DNA of 64,000 nt from contig OZ059898.1 of assembly GCA_964057225.1 (NCBI GenBank), positions 18,290,001-18,354,000 on the forward strand, in the 5' to 3' direction. The DNA comes from Auanema rhodensis (lineage: Eukaryota > Animalia > Nematoda). Shown one piece after another: positions 44,301 to 58,557 of the stretch. Position 1 is the stretch's first letter. Each line of letters begins with the position of its first letter. The translations under genes and the position numbers were made by a program. The notes under the pieces are model-generated. The model was not told the DNA's origin and searched no databases. It worked only from the letters and a program-made list of their open reading frames with translations.

Positions 44301-45300
44301 GTTGAGTGTACATGGAAACTCAACATACACTAATGCATCATTTTTCAAACGATCATAACTAATTTTTGTATTAAGCGTTTCTCAATGTAGTATAGTGCAT
44401 TCGATGCGGATTTTTAAGCTGCGTCGATCTGTGTTATCAGATTTGCGCTAGCTTAAAAATGCACCGAGATATCAACTGATATAAGTTCACACTTATATCC
44501 TCGATTTTCACCCTGAAGAATTAATTTTTTCGTTGAATAACATTGTCCATCGTCTTTGCCTTGAAAAAAGGAATCTAAAAACATCTACTTTTTGCTAAAT
44601 TATTTTGAAATTTTTCGAAAAAATTTTTGTCAAAATGTTTTTGGAAGCAATGTTGAGTGAACATGGAAACTCGACATACACTAATGCATCATTTTTCAAA
44701 CAATCATAACTAGTTTTTGTATTAAGCGTTTCTCAATGTAGTATAGTGCATTCGATGCGGATTTTTAAGCTGCGTCGATCTGTGTTATCAGATTTGCGCT
44801 AGCTTAAAAATGCACTGAGATATCAACTGATATAAGTTCACACTTATATCCTCGATTTTCACCCTGAAGAATTAATTTTTTCGTTGAATAACATTGTCCA
44901 TCGTCTTTGCCTTGAAAAACGAAATCTGAAAACATCTACTTTTTGCTAAATTATTCTGAAATTTTTCGAAAAAATTTTTGTCAAAATGTTTTTGGAAGCA
45001 ATGTTGAGTGTACATGGAAACTCAACATACACTAATGCATCATTTTTCAAACGATCATAACTAATTTTTGTATTAAGCGTTTCTCAATGTAGTATAGTGC
45101 ATTCGATGCGGATTTTTAAGCTGCGTCGATCTGTGTTATCAGATTTGCGCTAGCTTAAAAATGCACCGAGATATCAACTGATATAAGTTCACACTTATAT
45201 CCTCGATTTTCACCCTGAAGAATTAATTTTTTCGTTGAATAACATTGTCCATCGTCTTTGCCTTGAAAAAAGGAATCTGAAAACATCTACTTTTTGCTAA
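41400..45300 (+). repeat. 6-mer higher-order repeat, 2106 bp, ~2 copies, built on an A/B dimer
   Basis: GCACTGAG at ~42710/44816 and ATTCTGAAATTTTTTGA at ~41800/43905. Confidence 0.75.
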
Positions 45301-48300
45301 ATTATTTTGAAATTTTTCGAAAAAATTTTTGTCAAAATGTTTTTGGAAGCAATGTTGAGTGTACATGGAAACTCAACATACACTAATGCATCATTTTTCA
45401 AACGATCATAACTAATTTTTGTATTAAGCGTTTCTCAATGTAGTATAGTGCATTCGATGCGGATTTTTAAGCTGCGTCGATCTGTGTTATCAGATTTGCG
45501 CTAGCTTAAAAATGCACCGAGACATCAACTGATATATGTTCACACTTACATCCTCGATTTTCACCCTGAAGAAATAATTTTTTTGTTGAATAACATTGTC
45601 CATCGTCTTTGCCTTGAAAAAAGGAATCTAAAAACATCTACTTTTTGCTAAATTATTTTGAAATTTTTCGAAAAAATTTTTGTCAAAATGTTTTTGGAAG
45701 CAATGTTGAGTGTACATGGAAACTCAACATACACTAATGCATCATTTTTCAAACGATCATAACTAATTTTTGTATTAAGCGTTTCTCAATGTAGTATAGT
45801 GCATTCGATGCGGATTTTTAAGCTGCGTCGATCTGTGTTATCAGATTTGCGCTAGCTTAAAAATGCACCGAGACATCAACTGATATAAGTTCACACTTAT
45901 ATCCTCGATTTTCACCCTGAAGAAATAATTTTTTCGTTGAATAACATTGTCCATCGTCTTTGCCTTGAAAAAAGAAATCTAAAAACATCTACTTTTTGCT
46001 AAATTATTTTGAAATTTTTCGAAAAAATTTTTGTCAAAATGTTTTTGGAAGCAATGTTGAGTGTACATGGAAACTCAACATACACTAGTGCATCATTAGT
46101 CAAACGATCATAACTAATTTTTGTATTAAGCGTTTCTCAATGTAGTATAGTGCATTCGATGCGGATTTTTAAGCTGCGTCGATCTGTGTTATCAGATTTG
46201 CGCTAGCCTAAAAATGCACCGAGATATCAACTGATATAAGTTCACACTTATATCCTCGATTTTCACCCTGAAGAATTAATTTTTTCGTTGAATAACATTG
46301 TCCATCGTCTTTGCCTTGAAAAAAGGAATCTAAAAACATCTACTTTTTGCTAAATTATTTTGAAATTTTTCGAAAAAATTTTTGTCAAAATGTTTTTGGA
46401 AGCAATGTTGAGTGAACATGGAAACTCGACATACACTAATGCATCATTTTTCAAACAATCATAACTAGTTTTTGTATTAAGCGTTTCTCAATGTAGTATA
46501 GTGCATTCGATGCGGATTTTTAAGCTGCGTCGATCTGTGTTATCAGATTTGCGCTAGCTTAAAAATGCACTGAGATATCAACTGATATAAGTTCACACTT
46601 ATATCCTCGATTTTCACCCTGAAGAATTAATTTTTTCGTTGAATAACATTGTCCATCGTCTTTGCCTTGAAAAACGAAATCTGAAAACATCTACTTTTTG
46701 CTAAATTATTCTGAAATTTTTCGAAAAAATTTTTGTCAAAATGTTTTTGGAAGCAATGTTGAGTGTACATGGAAACTCAACATACACTAATGCATCATTT
46801 TTCAAACGATCATAACTAATTTTTGTATTAAGCGTTTCTCAATGTAGTATAGTGCATTCGATGCGGATTTTTAAGCTGCGTCGATCTGTGTTATCAGATT
46901 TGCGCTAGCTTAAAAATGCACCGAGATATCAACTGATATAAGTTCACACTTATATCCTCGATTTTCACCCTGAAGAATTAATTTTTTCGTTGAATAACAT
47001 TGTCCATCGTCTTTGCCTTGAAAAAAGGAATCTAAAAACATCTACTTTTTGCTAAATTATTTTGAAATTTTTCGAAAAAATTTTTGTCAAAATGTTTTTG
47101 GAAGCAATGTTGAGTGAACATGGAAACTCGACATACACTAATGCATCATTTTTCAAACAATCATAACTAGTTTTTGTATTAAGCGTTTCTCAATGTAGTA
47201 TAGTGCATTCGATGCGGATTTTTAAGCTGCGTCGATCTGTGTTATCAGATTTGCGCTAGCTTAAAAATGCACCGAGATATCAACTGATATAAGTTCACAC
47301 TTATATCCTCGATTTTCACCCTGAAGAATTAATTTTTTCGTTGAATAACATTGTCCATCGTCTTTGCCTTGAAAAACGAAATCTGAAAACATCTACTTTT
47401 TGCTAAATTATTCTGAAATTTTTCGAAAAAATTTTTGTCAAAATGTTTTTGGAAGCAATGTTGAGTGTACATGGAAACTCAACATACACTAATGCATCAT
47501 TTTTCAAACGATCATAACTAATTTTTGTATTAAGCGTTTCTCAATGTAGTATAGTGCATTCGATGCGGATTTTTAAGCTGCGTCGATCTGTGTTATCAGA
47601 TTTGCGCTAGCTTAAAAATGCACCGAGATATCAACTGATATAAGTTCACACTTATATCCTCGATTTTCACCCTGAAGAATTAATTTTTTCGTTGAATAAC
47701 ATTGTCCATCGTCTTTGCCTTGAAAAAAGGAATCTAAAAACATCTACTTTTTGCTAAATTATTTTGAAATTTTTCGAAAAAATTTTTGTCAAAATGTTTT
47801 TGGAAGCAATGTTGAGTGAACATGGAAACTCGACATACACTAATGCATCATTTTTCAAACAATCATAACTAGTTTTTGTATTAAGCGTTTCTCAATGTAG
47901 TATAGTGCATTCGATGCGGATTTTTAAGCTGCGTCGATCTGTGTTATCAGATTTGCGCTAGCTTAAAAATGCACCGAGATATCAACTGATATAAGTTCAC
48001 ACTTATATCCTCGATTTTCACCCTGAAGAATTAATTTTTTCGTTGAATAACATTGTCCATCGTCTTTGCCTTGAAAAAAGGAATCTAAAAACATCTACTT
48101 TTTGCTAAATTATTTTGAAATTTTTCGAAAAAATTTTTGTCAAAATGTTTTTGGAAGCAATGTTGAGTGAACATGGAAACTCGACATACACTAATGCATC
48201 ATTTTTCAAACAATCATAACTAGTTTTTGTATTAAGCGTTTCTCAATGTAGTATAGTGCATTCGATGCGGATTTTTAAGCTGCGTCGATCTGTGTTATCA

Positions 48301-51300
48301 GATTTGCGCTAGCTTAAAAATGCACCGAGATATCAACTGATATAAGTTCACACTTATATCCTCGATTTTCACCCTGAAGAATTAATTTTTTCGTTGAATA
48401 ACATTGTCCATCGTCTTTGCCTTGAAAAACGAAATCTGAAAACATCTACTTTTTGCTAAATTATTCTGAAATTTTTCGAAAAAATTTTTGTCAAAATGTT
48501 TTTGGAAGCAATGTTGAGTGTACATGGAAACTCAACATACACTAATGCATCATTTTTCAAACGATCATAACTAATTTTTGTATTTAGCGTTTCTCAATGT
48601 AGTATAGTGCATTCGATGCGGATTTTTAAGCTGCGTCGATCTGTGTTATCAGATTTGCGCTAGCTTAAAAATGCACCGAGATATCAACTGATATAAGTTC
48701 ACACTTATATCCTCGATTTTCACCCTGAAGAATTAATTTTTTCGTTGAATAACATTGTCCATCGTCTTTGCCTTGAAAAAAGGAATCTAAAAACATCTAC
48801 TTTTTGCTAAATTATTTTGAAATTTTTCGAAAAAATTTTTGTCAAAATGTTTTTGGAAGCAATGTTGAGTGAACATGGAAACTCGACATACACTAATGCA
48901 TCATTTTTCAAACAATCATAACTAGTTTTTGTATTAAGCGTTTCTCAATGTAGTATAGTGCATTCGATGCGGATTTTTAAGCTGCGTCGATCTGTGTTAT
49001 CAGATTTGCGCTAGCTTAAAAATGCACCGAGATATCAACTGATATAAGTTCACACTTATATCCTCGATTTTCACCCTGAAGAATTAATTTTTTCGTTGAA
49101 TAACATTGTCCATCGTCTTTGCCTTGAAAAACGAAATCTGAAAACATCTACTTTTTGCTAAATTATTCTGAAATTTTTCGAAAAAATTTTTGTCAAAATG
49201 TTTTTGGAAGCAATGTTGAGTGTACATGGAAACTCAACATACACTAATGCATCATTTTTCAAACGATCATAACTAATTTTTGTATTAAGCGTTTCTCAAT
49301 GTAGTATAGTGCATTCGATGCGGATTTTTAAGCTGCGTCGATCTGTGTTATCAGATTTGCGCTAGCTTAAAAATGCACCGAGATATCAACTGATATAAGT
49401 TCACACTTATATCCTCGATTTTCACCCTGAAGAATTAATTTTTTCGTTGAATAACATTGTCCATCGTCTTTGCCTTGAAAAAAGGAATCTAAAAACATCT
49501 ACTTTTTGCTAAATTATTTTGAAATTTTTCGAAAACATTTTTGTCAAAATGTTTTTGGAAGCAATGTTGAGTGAACATGGAAACTCAACATACACTAATG
49601 CATCATTTTTCGAACAATCATAACTAATTTTTGTATTTAGCGTTTCTCAATGTAGTATAGTGCATTTGATGCGGATTTTTAAGCTGCGTCGATCTGTGTT
49701 ATCAGATTTGCGCTAGCTTAAAAATGCACCGAGATATCAACTGATATAAGTTCACACTTATATCCTCGATTTTCACCCTGAAGAATTATTTTTTTCGTTG
49801 AATAACATTGTCCATCGTCTTTGCCTTGAAAAAAGGAATCTAAAAACATCTACTTTTTGCTAAATTATTTTGAAATTTTTCGAAAACATTTTTGTCAAAA
49901 TGTTTTTGGAAGCAATGTTGAGTGAACATGGAAACTCGACATACACTAATGCATCATTTTTCAAACAATCATAACTAGTTTTTGTATTAAGCGTTTCTCA
50001 ATGTAGTATAGTGCATTCGATGCGGATTTTTAAGCTGCGTCGATCTGTGTTATCAGATTTGCGCTAGCTTAAAAATGCACCGAGATATCAACTGATATAA
50101 GTTCACACTTATATCCTCGATTTTCACCCTGAAGAATTAATTTTTTCGTTGAATAACATTGTCCATCGTCTTTGCCTTGAAAAAAGGAATCTAAAAACAT
50201 CTACTTTTTGCTAAATTATTTTGAAATTTTTCGAAAAAATTTTTGTCAAAATGTTTTTGGAAGCAATGTTGAGTGAACATGGAAACTCGACATACACTAA
50301 TGCATCATTTTTCAAACAATCATAACTAGTTTTTGTATTAAGCGTTTCTCAATGTAGTATAGTGCATTCGATGCGGATTTTTAAGCTGCGTCGATCTGTG
50401 TTATCAGATTTGCGCTAGCTTAAAAATGCACCGAGATATCAACTGATATAAGTTCACACTTATATCCTCGATTTTCACCCTGAAGAATTAATTTTTTCGT
50501 TGAATAACATTGTCCATCGTCTTTGCCTTGAAAAACGAAATCTGAAAACATCTACTTTTTGCTAAATTATTTTGAAATTTTTCGAAAAAATTTTTGTCAA
50601 AATGTTTTTGGAAGCAATGTTGAGTGAACATGGAAACTCGACATACACTAATGCATCATTTTTCAAACAATCATAACTAATTTTTGTATTAAGCGTTTCT
50701 CAATGTAGTATAGTGCATTTGATGCGGATTTTTAAGCTGCGTCGATCTGTGTTATCAGATTTGCGCTAGTTTAAAAATGCACCGAGATATCAACTGATAT
50801 AAGTTCACACTTATATCCTCGATTTTCACCCTGAAGAATTAATTTTTTCGTTGAATAACATTGTCCATCGTCTTTGCCTTGAAAAAAGGAATCTGAAAAC
50901 ATCTACTTTTTGCTAAATTATTTTGAAATTTTTCGAAAAAATTTTTGTCAAAATGTTTTTGGAAGCAATGTTGAGTGTACATGGAAACTCAACATACACT
51001 AATGCATCATTTTTCAAACGATCATAACTAATTTTTGTATTAAGCGTTTCTCAATGTAGTATAGTGCATTCGATGCGGATTTTTAAGCTGCGTCGATCTG
51101 TGTTATCAGATTTGCGCTAGCTTAAAAATGCACCGAGATATCAACTGATATAAGTTCACACTTATATCCTCGATTTTCACCCTGAAGAATTAATTTTTTC
51201 GTTGAATAACATTGTCCATCGTCTTTGCCTTGGAAAAAGGAATCTAAAAACATCTACTTTTTGCTAAATTATTCTGAAATTTTTCGAAAAAATTTTTGTC

Positions 51301-52299
51301 AAAATGTTTTTGGAAGCAATGTTGAGTGTACATGGAAACTCAACATACACTAATGCATCATTTTTCAAACGATCATAACTAATTTTTGTATTAAGCGTTT
51401 CTCAATGTAGTATAGTGCATTCGATGCGGATTTTTAAGCTGCGTCGATCTGTGTTATCAGATTTGCGCTAGCTTAAAAATGCACCGAGATATCAACTGAT
51501 ATAAGTTCACACTTATATCCTCGATTTTCACCCTGAAGAATTAATTTTTTCGTTGAATAACATTGTCCATCGTCTTTGCCTTGAAAAACGAAATCTGAAA
51601 ACATCTACTTTTTGCTAAATTATTTTGAAATTTTTCGAAAAAATTTTTGTCAAAATGTTTTTGGAAGCAATGTTGAGTGTACATGGAAACTCAACATACA
51701 CTAATGCATCATTTTTCAAACGTTCATAACTAATTTTTGTATTCAGCGTTTCTCAATGTAGTATAGTGCATTTGATGCGGATTTTTAAGCTGCGTCGATC
51801 TGTGTTATCAGATTTGCGCTAGTTTAAAAATGCACCGAGATATCAACTGATATAAGTTCACACTTATATCCTCGATTTTCACCCTGAAGAATTAATTTTT
51901 TCGTTGAATAACATTGTCCATCGTCTTTGCCTTGAAAAAAGGAATCTAAAAACACCTACTTTTTGCTAAATTATTTTGAAATTTTTCGAAAAAATTTTTG
52001 TCAAAATGTTTTTGGAAGCAATGTTGAGTGAACATGGAAACTCAACATACACTAATGCATCATTTTTCAAACAATCATAACTAATTTTTGTATCAAGCGT
52101 TTCTCAATGTAGTATAGTGCATTTGATGCGGATTTTTAAGCTGCGTCGATCTGTGTTATCAGATTTGCGCTAGCTTAAAAATGCACCGAGATATCAACTG
52201 ATATAAGTTCACACTTATATCCTCGATTTTCACCCTGAAGAATTAATTTTTTCGTTGAATAACATTGTCCATCGTCTTTGCCTTGAAAAAAGGAATCTA

Positions 52300-54550
52300 A
52301 AAACATCTACTTTTTGCTAAATTATTTTGAAATTTTTCGAAAACATTTTTGTCAAAATGTTTTTGGAAGCAATGTTGAGTGAACATGGAAACTCAACATA
52401 CACTAATGCATCATTTTTCGAACAATCATAACTAATTTTTGTATTAAGCGTTTCTCAATGTAGTATAGTGCATTTGATGCGGATTTTTAAGCTGCGTCGA
52501 TCTGTGTTATCAGATTTGCGCTAGCTTAAAAATGCACCGAGATATCAACTGATATAAGTTCACACTTATATCCTCGATTTTCACCCTGAAGAATTAATTT
52601 CTTCGTTGAATAACATTGTCCATCGTCTTTGCCTTGAAAAAAGGAATCTAAAAACATCTACTTTTTGCTAAATTATTTTGAAATTTTTCGAAAAAATTTT
52701 TGTCAAAATGTTTTTGGAAGCAATGTTGAGTGTACATGGAAACTCAACATACACTAATGCATCATTTTTCAAACGATCATAACTAATTTTTGTATTGAGC
52801 GTTTCTCAATGTAGTATAGTGCATTCGATGCGGATTTTTAAGCTGCGTCGATCTGTGTTATCAGATTTGCGCTAGCTTAAAAATGCACCGAGATATCAAC
52901 TGATATAAGTTCACACTTATATCCTCGATTTTCACCCTGAAGAATTATTTTTTTCGTTGAATAACATTGTCCATCGTCTTTGCCTTGAAAAAAGGAATCT
53001 AAAAACATCTACTTTTTGCTAAATTATTTTGAAATTTTTCGAAAACATTTTTGTCAAAATGTTTTTGGAAGCAATGTTGAGTGAACATGGAAACTCAACA
53101 TACACTAATGCATCATTTTTCAAACAATCATAACTAATTTTTGTATTAAGCGTTTCTCAATGTAGTATAGTGCATTTGATGCGGATTTTTAAGCTGCGTC
53201 GATCTGTGTTATCAGATTTGCGCTAGCTTAAAAATGCACCGAGATATCAACTGATATAAGTTCACACTTATATCCTCGATTTTCACCCTGAAGAATTAAT
53301 TTTTTCGTTGAATAACATTGTCCATCGTCTTTGCCTTGAAAAAAGGAATCTAAAAACATCTACTTTTTGCTAAATTATTTTGAAATTTTTCGAAAAAATT
53401 TTTGTCAAAATGTTTTTGGAAGCAATGTTGAGTGTACATGGAAACTCAACATACACTAATGCATCATTTTTCGAACAATCATAACTAATTTTTGTATTAA
53501 GCGTTTCTCAATGTAGTATAGTGCATTTGATGCGGATTTTTAAGCTGCGTCGATCTGTGTTATCAGATTTGCGCTAGCTTAAAAATGCACCGAGATATCA
53601 ACTGATATAAGTTCACACTTATATCCTCGATTTTCACCCTGAAGAATTAATTTCTTCGTTGAATAACATTGTCCATCGTCTTTGCCTTGAAAAAAGGAAT
53701 CTAAAAACATCTACTTTTTGCTAAATTATTTTGAAATTTTTCGAAAAAATTTTTGTCAAAATGTTTTTGGAAGCAATGTTGAGTGTACATGGAAACTCAA
53801 CATACACTAATGCATCATTTTTCAAACGATCATAACTAATTTTTGTATTGAGCGTTTCTCAATGTAGTATAGTGCATTCGATGCGGATTTTTAAGCTGCG
53901 TCGATCTGTGTTATCAGATTTGCGCTAGCTTAAAAATGCACCGAGATATCAACTGATATAAGTTCACACTTATATCCTCGATTTTCACCCTGAAGAATTA
54001 TTTTTTTCGTTGAATAACATTGTCCATCGTCTTTGCCTTGAAAAAAGGAATCTAAAAACATCTACTTTTTGCTAAATTATTTTGAAATTTTTCGAAAACA
54101 TTTTTGTCAAAATGTTTTTGGAAGCAATGTTGAGTGAACATGGAAACTCAACATACACTAATGCATCATTTTTCAAACAATCATAACTAATTTTTGTATT
54201 AAGCGTTTCTCAATGTAGTATAGTGCATTTGATGCGGATTTTTAAGCTGCGTCGATCTGTGTTATCAGATTTGCGCTAGCTTAAAAATGCACCGAGATAT
54301 CAACTGATATAAGTTCACACTTATATCCTCGATTTTCACCCTGAAGAATTAATTTTTTCGTTGAATAACATTGTCCATCGTCTTTGCCTTGAAAAAAGGA
54401 ATCTAAAAACATCTACTTTTTGCTAAATTATTTTGAAATTTTTCGAAAAAATTTTTGTCAAAATGTTTTTGGAAGCAATGTTGAGTGTACATGGAAACTC
54501 AACATACACTAATGCATCATTTTTCAAACGATCATAACTAATTTTTGTAT
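52300..54550 (+). repeat. Trimeric higher-order repeat, 1053 bp, ~2 copies
   Basis: TTTCTTCG (52601/53654), TATTGAGC (~52797/53850) and GAAAACATTT (~53046/54099). Confidence 0.8.
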
Positions 54551-54999
54551 TGAGCGTTTCTCAATGTAGTATAGTGCATTTGATGCGGATTTTTAAGCTG
54601 CGTCGATCTGTGTTATCAGATTTGCGCTAGCTTAAAAATGCACCGAGATATCAACTGATATAAGTTCACACTTATATCCTCGATTTTCACCCTGAAGAAT
54701 TAATTTTTTCGTTGAATAACATTGTCCATCGTCTTTGCCTTGAAAAAAGGAATCTAAAAACATCTACTTTTTGCTAAATTATTTTGAAATTTTTCGAAAA
54801 AATTTTTGTCAAAATGTTTTTGGAAGCAATGTTGAGTGTACATGGAAACTCAACATACACTCAACATGCATCATTTTTCAAACGATCATAACTAATTTTT
54901 GTATTAAGCGTTTCTCAATGTAGTATAGTGCATTCGATGCGGATTTTTAAGCTGCGTCGATCTGTGTTATCAGATTTGCGCTAGCTTAAAAATGCACCG

Positions 55000-57900
55000 A
55001 GATATCAACTGATATAAGTTCACACTTATATCCTCGATTTTCACCCTGAAGAATTATTTTTTTCGTTGAATAACATTGTCCATCGTCTTTGCCTTGAAAA
55101 AAGGAATCTAAAAACATCTACTTTTTGCTAAATTATTTTGAAATTTTTCGAAAAAATTTTTGTCAAAATGTTTTTGGAAGCAATGTTGAGTGAACATGGA
55201 AACTCAACATACACTAATGCATCATTTTTCGAACAATCATAACTAATTTTTGTATTAAGCGTTTCTCAATGTAGTATAGTGCATTTGATGCGGATTTTTA
55301 AGCTGCGTCGATCTGTGTTATCAGATTCGCGCTAGCTTAAAAATGCACCGAGATATCAACTGATATAAGTTCACACTTATATCCTCGATTTTCACCCTGA
55401 AGAATTAATTTTTTCGTTGAATAACATTGTCCATCGTCTTTGCCTTGAAAAAAGGAATCTAAAAACATCTACTTTTTGCTAAATTATTTTGAAATTTTTC
55501 GAAAAAATTTTTGTCAAAATGTTTTTGGAAGCAATGTTGAGTGTACATGGAAACTCAACATACACTAATGCATCATTTTTCAAACGATCATAACTAATTT
55601 TTGTATTAAGCGTTTCTCAATGTAGTATAGTGCATTCGATGCGGATTTTTAAGCTGCGTCGATCTGTGTTATCAGATTTGCGCTAGCTTAAAAATGCACC
55701 GAGATATCAACTGATATAAGTTCACACTTATATCCTCGATTTTCACCCTGAAGAATTATTTTTTTCGTTGAATAACATTGTCCATCGTCTTTGCCTTGAA
55801 AAAAGGAATCTAAAAACATCTACTTTTTGCTAAATTATTCTGAAATTTTTCGAAAAAATTTTTGTCAAAATGTTTTTGGAAGCAATGTTGAGTGAACATG
55901 GAAACTCAACATACACTAATGCATCATTTTTCGAACAATCATAACTAATTTTTGTATTAAGCGTTTCTCAATGTAGTATAGTGCATTTGATGCGGATTTT
56001 TAAGCTGCGTCGATCTGTGTTATCAGATTCGCGCTAGCTTAAAAATGCACCGAGATATCAACTGATATAAGTTCACACTTATATCCTCGATTTTCACCCT
56101 GAAGAATTAATTTTTTCGTTGAATAACATTGTCCATCGTCTTTGCCTTGAAAAAAGGAATCTAAAAACATCTACTTTTTGCTAAATTATTTTGAAATTTT
56201 TCGAAAAAATTTTTGTCAAAATGTTTTTGGAAGCAATGTTGAGTGTACATGGAAACTCAACATACACTAATGCATCATTTTTCAAACGATCATAACTAAT
56301 TTTTGTATTAAGCGTTTCTCAATGTAGTATAGTGCATTCGATGCGGATTTTTAAGCTGCGTCGATCTGTGTTATCAGATTTGCGCTAGCTTAAAAATGCA
56401 CCGAGATATCAACTGATATAAGTTCACACTTATATCCTCGATTTTCACCCTGAAGAATTATTTTTTTCGTTGAATAACATTGTCCATCGTCTTTGCCTTG
56501 AAAAAAGGAATCTAAAAACATCTACTTTTTGCTAAATTATTTTGAAATTTTTCGAAAAAATTTTTGTCAAAATGTTTTTGGAAGCAATGTTGAGTGAACA
56601 TGGAAACTCAACATACACTAATGCATCATTTTTCGAACAATCATAACTAATTTTTGTATTAAGCGTTTCTCAATGTAGTATAGTGCATTTGATGCGGATT
56701 TTTAAGCTGCGTCGATCTGTGTTATCAGATTCGCGCTAGCTTAAAAATGCACCGAGATATCAACTGATATAAGTTCACACTTATATCCTCGATTTTCACC
56801 CTGAAGAATTAATTTTTTCGTTGAATAACATTGTCCATCGTCTTTGCCTTGAAAAAAGGAATCTAAAAACATCTACTTTTTGCTAAATTATTTTGAAATT
56901 TTTCGAAAAAATTTTTGTCAAAATGTTTTTGGAAGCAATGTTGAGTGTACATGGAAACTCAACATACACTAATGCATCATTTTTCAAACGATCATAACTA
57001 ATTTTTGTATTAAGCGTTTCTCAATGTAGTATAGTGCATTCGATGCGGATTTTTAAGCTGCGTCGATCTGTGTTATCAGATTTGCGCTAGCTTAAAAATG
57101 CACCGAGATATCAACTGATATAAGTTCACACTTATATCCTCGATTTTCACCCTGAAGAATTATTTTTTTCGTTGAATAACATTGTCCATCGTCTTTGCCT
57201 TGAAAAAAGGAATCTAAAAACATCTACTTTTTGCTAAATTATTCTGAAATTTTTCGAAAAAATTTTTGTCAAAATGTTTTTGGAAGCAATGTTGAGTGAA
57301 CATGGAAACTCAACATACACTAATGCATCATTTTTCGAACAATCATAACTAATTTTTGTATTAAGCGTTTCTCAATGTAGTATAGTGCATTTGATGCGGA
57401 TTTTTAAGCTGCGTCGATCTGTGTTATCAGATTCGCGCTAGCTTAAAAATGCACCGAGATATCAACTGATATAAGTTCACACTTATATCCTCGATTTTCA
57501 CCCTGAAGAATTAATTTTTTCGTTGAATAACATTGTCCATCGTCTTTGCCTTGAAAAAAGGAATCTAAAAACATCTACTTTTTGCTAAATTATTTTGAAA
57601 TTTTTCGAAAAAATTTTTGTCAAAATGTTTTTGGAAGCAATGTTGAGTGTACATGGAAACTCAACATACACTAATGCATCATTTTTCAAACGATCATAAC
57701 TAATTTTTGTATTAAGCGTTTCTCAATGTAGTATAGTGCATTCGATGCGGATTTTTAAGCTGCGTCGATCTGTGTTATCAGATTTGCGCTAGCTTAAAAA
57801 TGCACCGAGATATCAACTGATATAAGTTCACACTTATATCCTCGATTTTCACCCTGAAGAATTATTTTTTTCGTTGAATAACATTGTCCATCGTCTTTGC

Positions 57901-58300
57901 CTTGAAAAAAGGAATCTAAAAACATCTACTTTTTGCTAAATTATTTTGAAATTTTTCGAAAAAATTTTTGTCAAAATGTTTTTGGAAGCAATGTTGAGTG
58001 AACATGGAAACTCAACATACACTAATGCATCATTTTTCGAACAATCATAACTAATTTTTGTATTAAGCGTTTCTCAATGTAGTATAGTGCATTTGATGCG
58101 GATTTTTAAGCTGCGTCGATCTGTGTTATCAGATTTGCGCTAGCTTAAAAATGCACCGAGATATCAACTGATATAAGTTCACACTTATATCCTCGATTTT
58201 CACCCTGAAGAATTAATTTTTTCGTTGAATAACATTGTCCATCGTCTTTGCCTTGAAAAAAGGAATCTAAAAACATCTACTTTTTGCTAAATTATTTTGA
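55000..58300 (+). repeat. Regular dimer/tetramer higher-order repeat (702/1404 bp)
   Basis: Every second monomer carries GTGAACATGG, TCGAACAATC, ATTTGATG and (except the last such copy) ATTCGCG. ATTCTG and ATTTTG alternate among these copies (ATTCTG at ~55840 and 57244). Confidence 0.85.
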
Positions 58301-58557
58301 AATTGTTCGAAAAAATTTTTGTCAAAATGTTTTTGGAAGCAATGTTGAGTGTACATGGAAACTCAACATACACTAATGCATCATTTTTCAAACGATCATA
58401 ACTAATTTTTGTATTAAGCGTTTCTCAATGTAGTATAGTGCATTCGATGCGGATTTTTAAGCTGCGTCGATCTGTGTTATCAGATTTGCGCTAGCTAAAA
58501 AATGCACCGAGATATCAACTGATATAAGTTCACACTTATATCCTCGATTTTCACCCT

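Larger units (their letters stand above)
1..58557 (+). repeat. Tandem satellite DNA array, 351-bp monomer, ~167 head-to-tail copies (forward block; continues beyond the window start)
   Basis: The sequence AAATTTTTGTCAAAATGTTTTTGGAAGCAATG at 1 recurs at 352 and then at ~351-bp spacing throughout. Monomers differ by only a few SNPs or 1-3 bp indels, apart from one 22-bp duplication. Confidence 0.99.
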
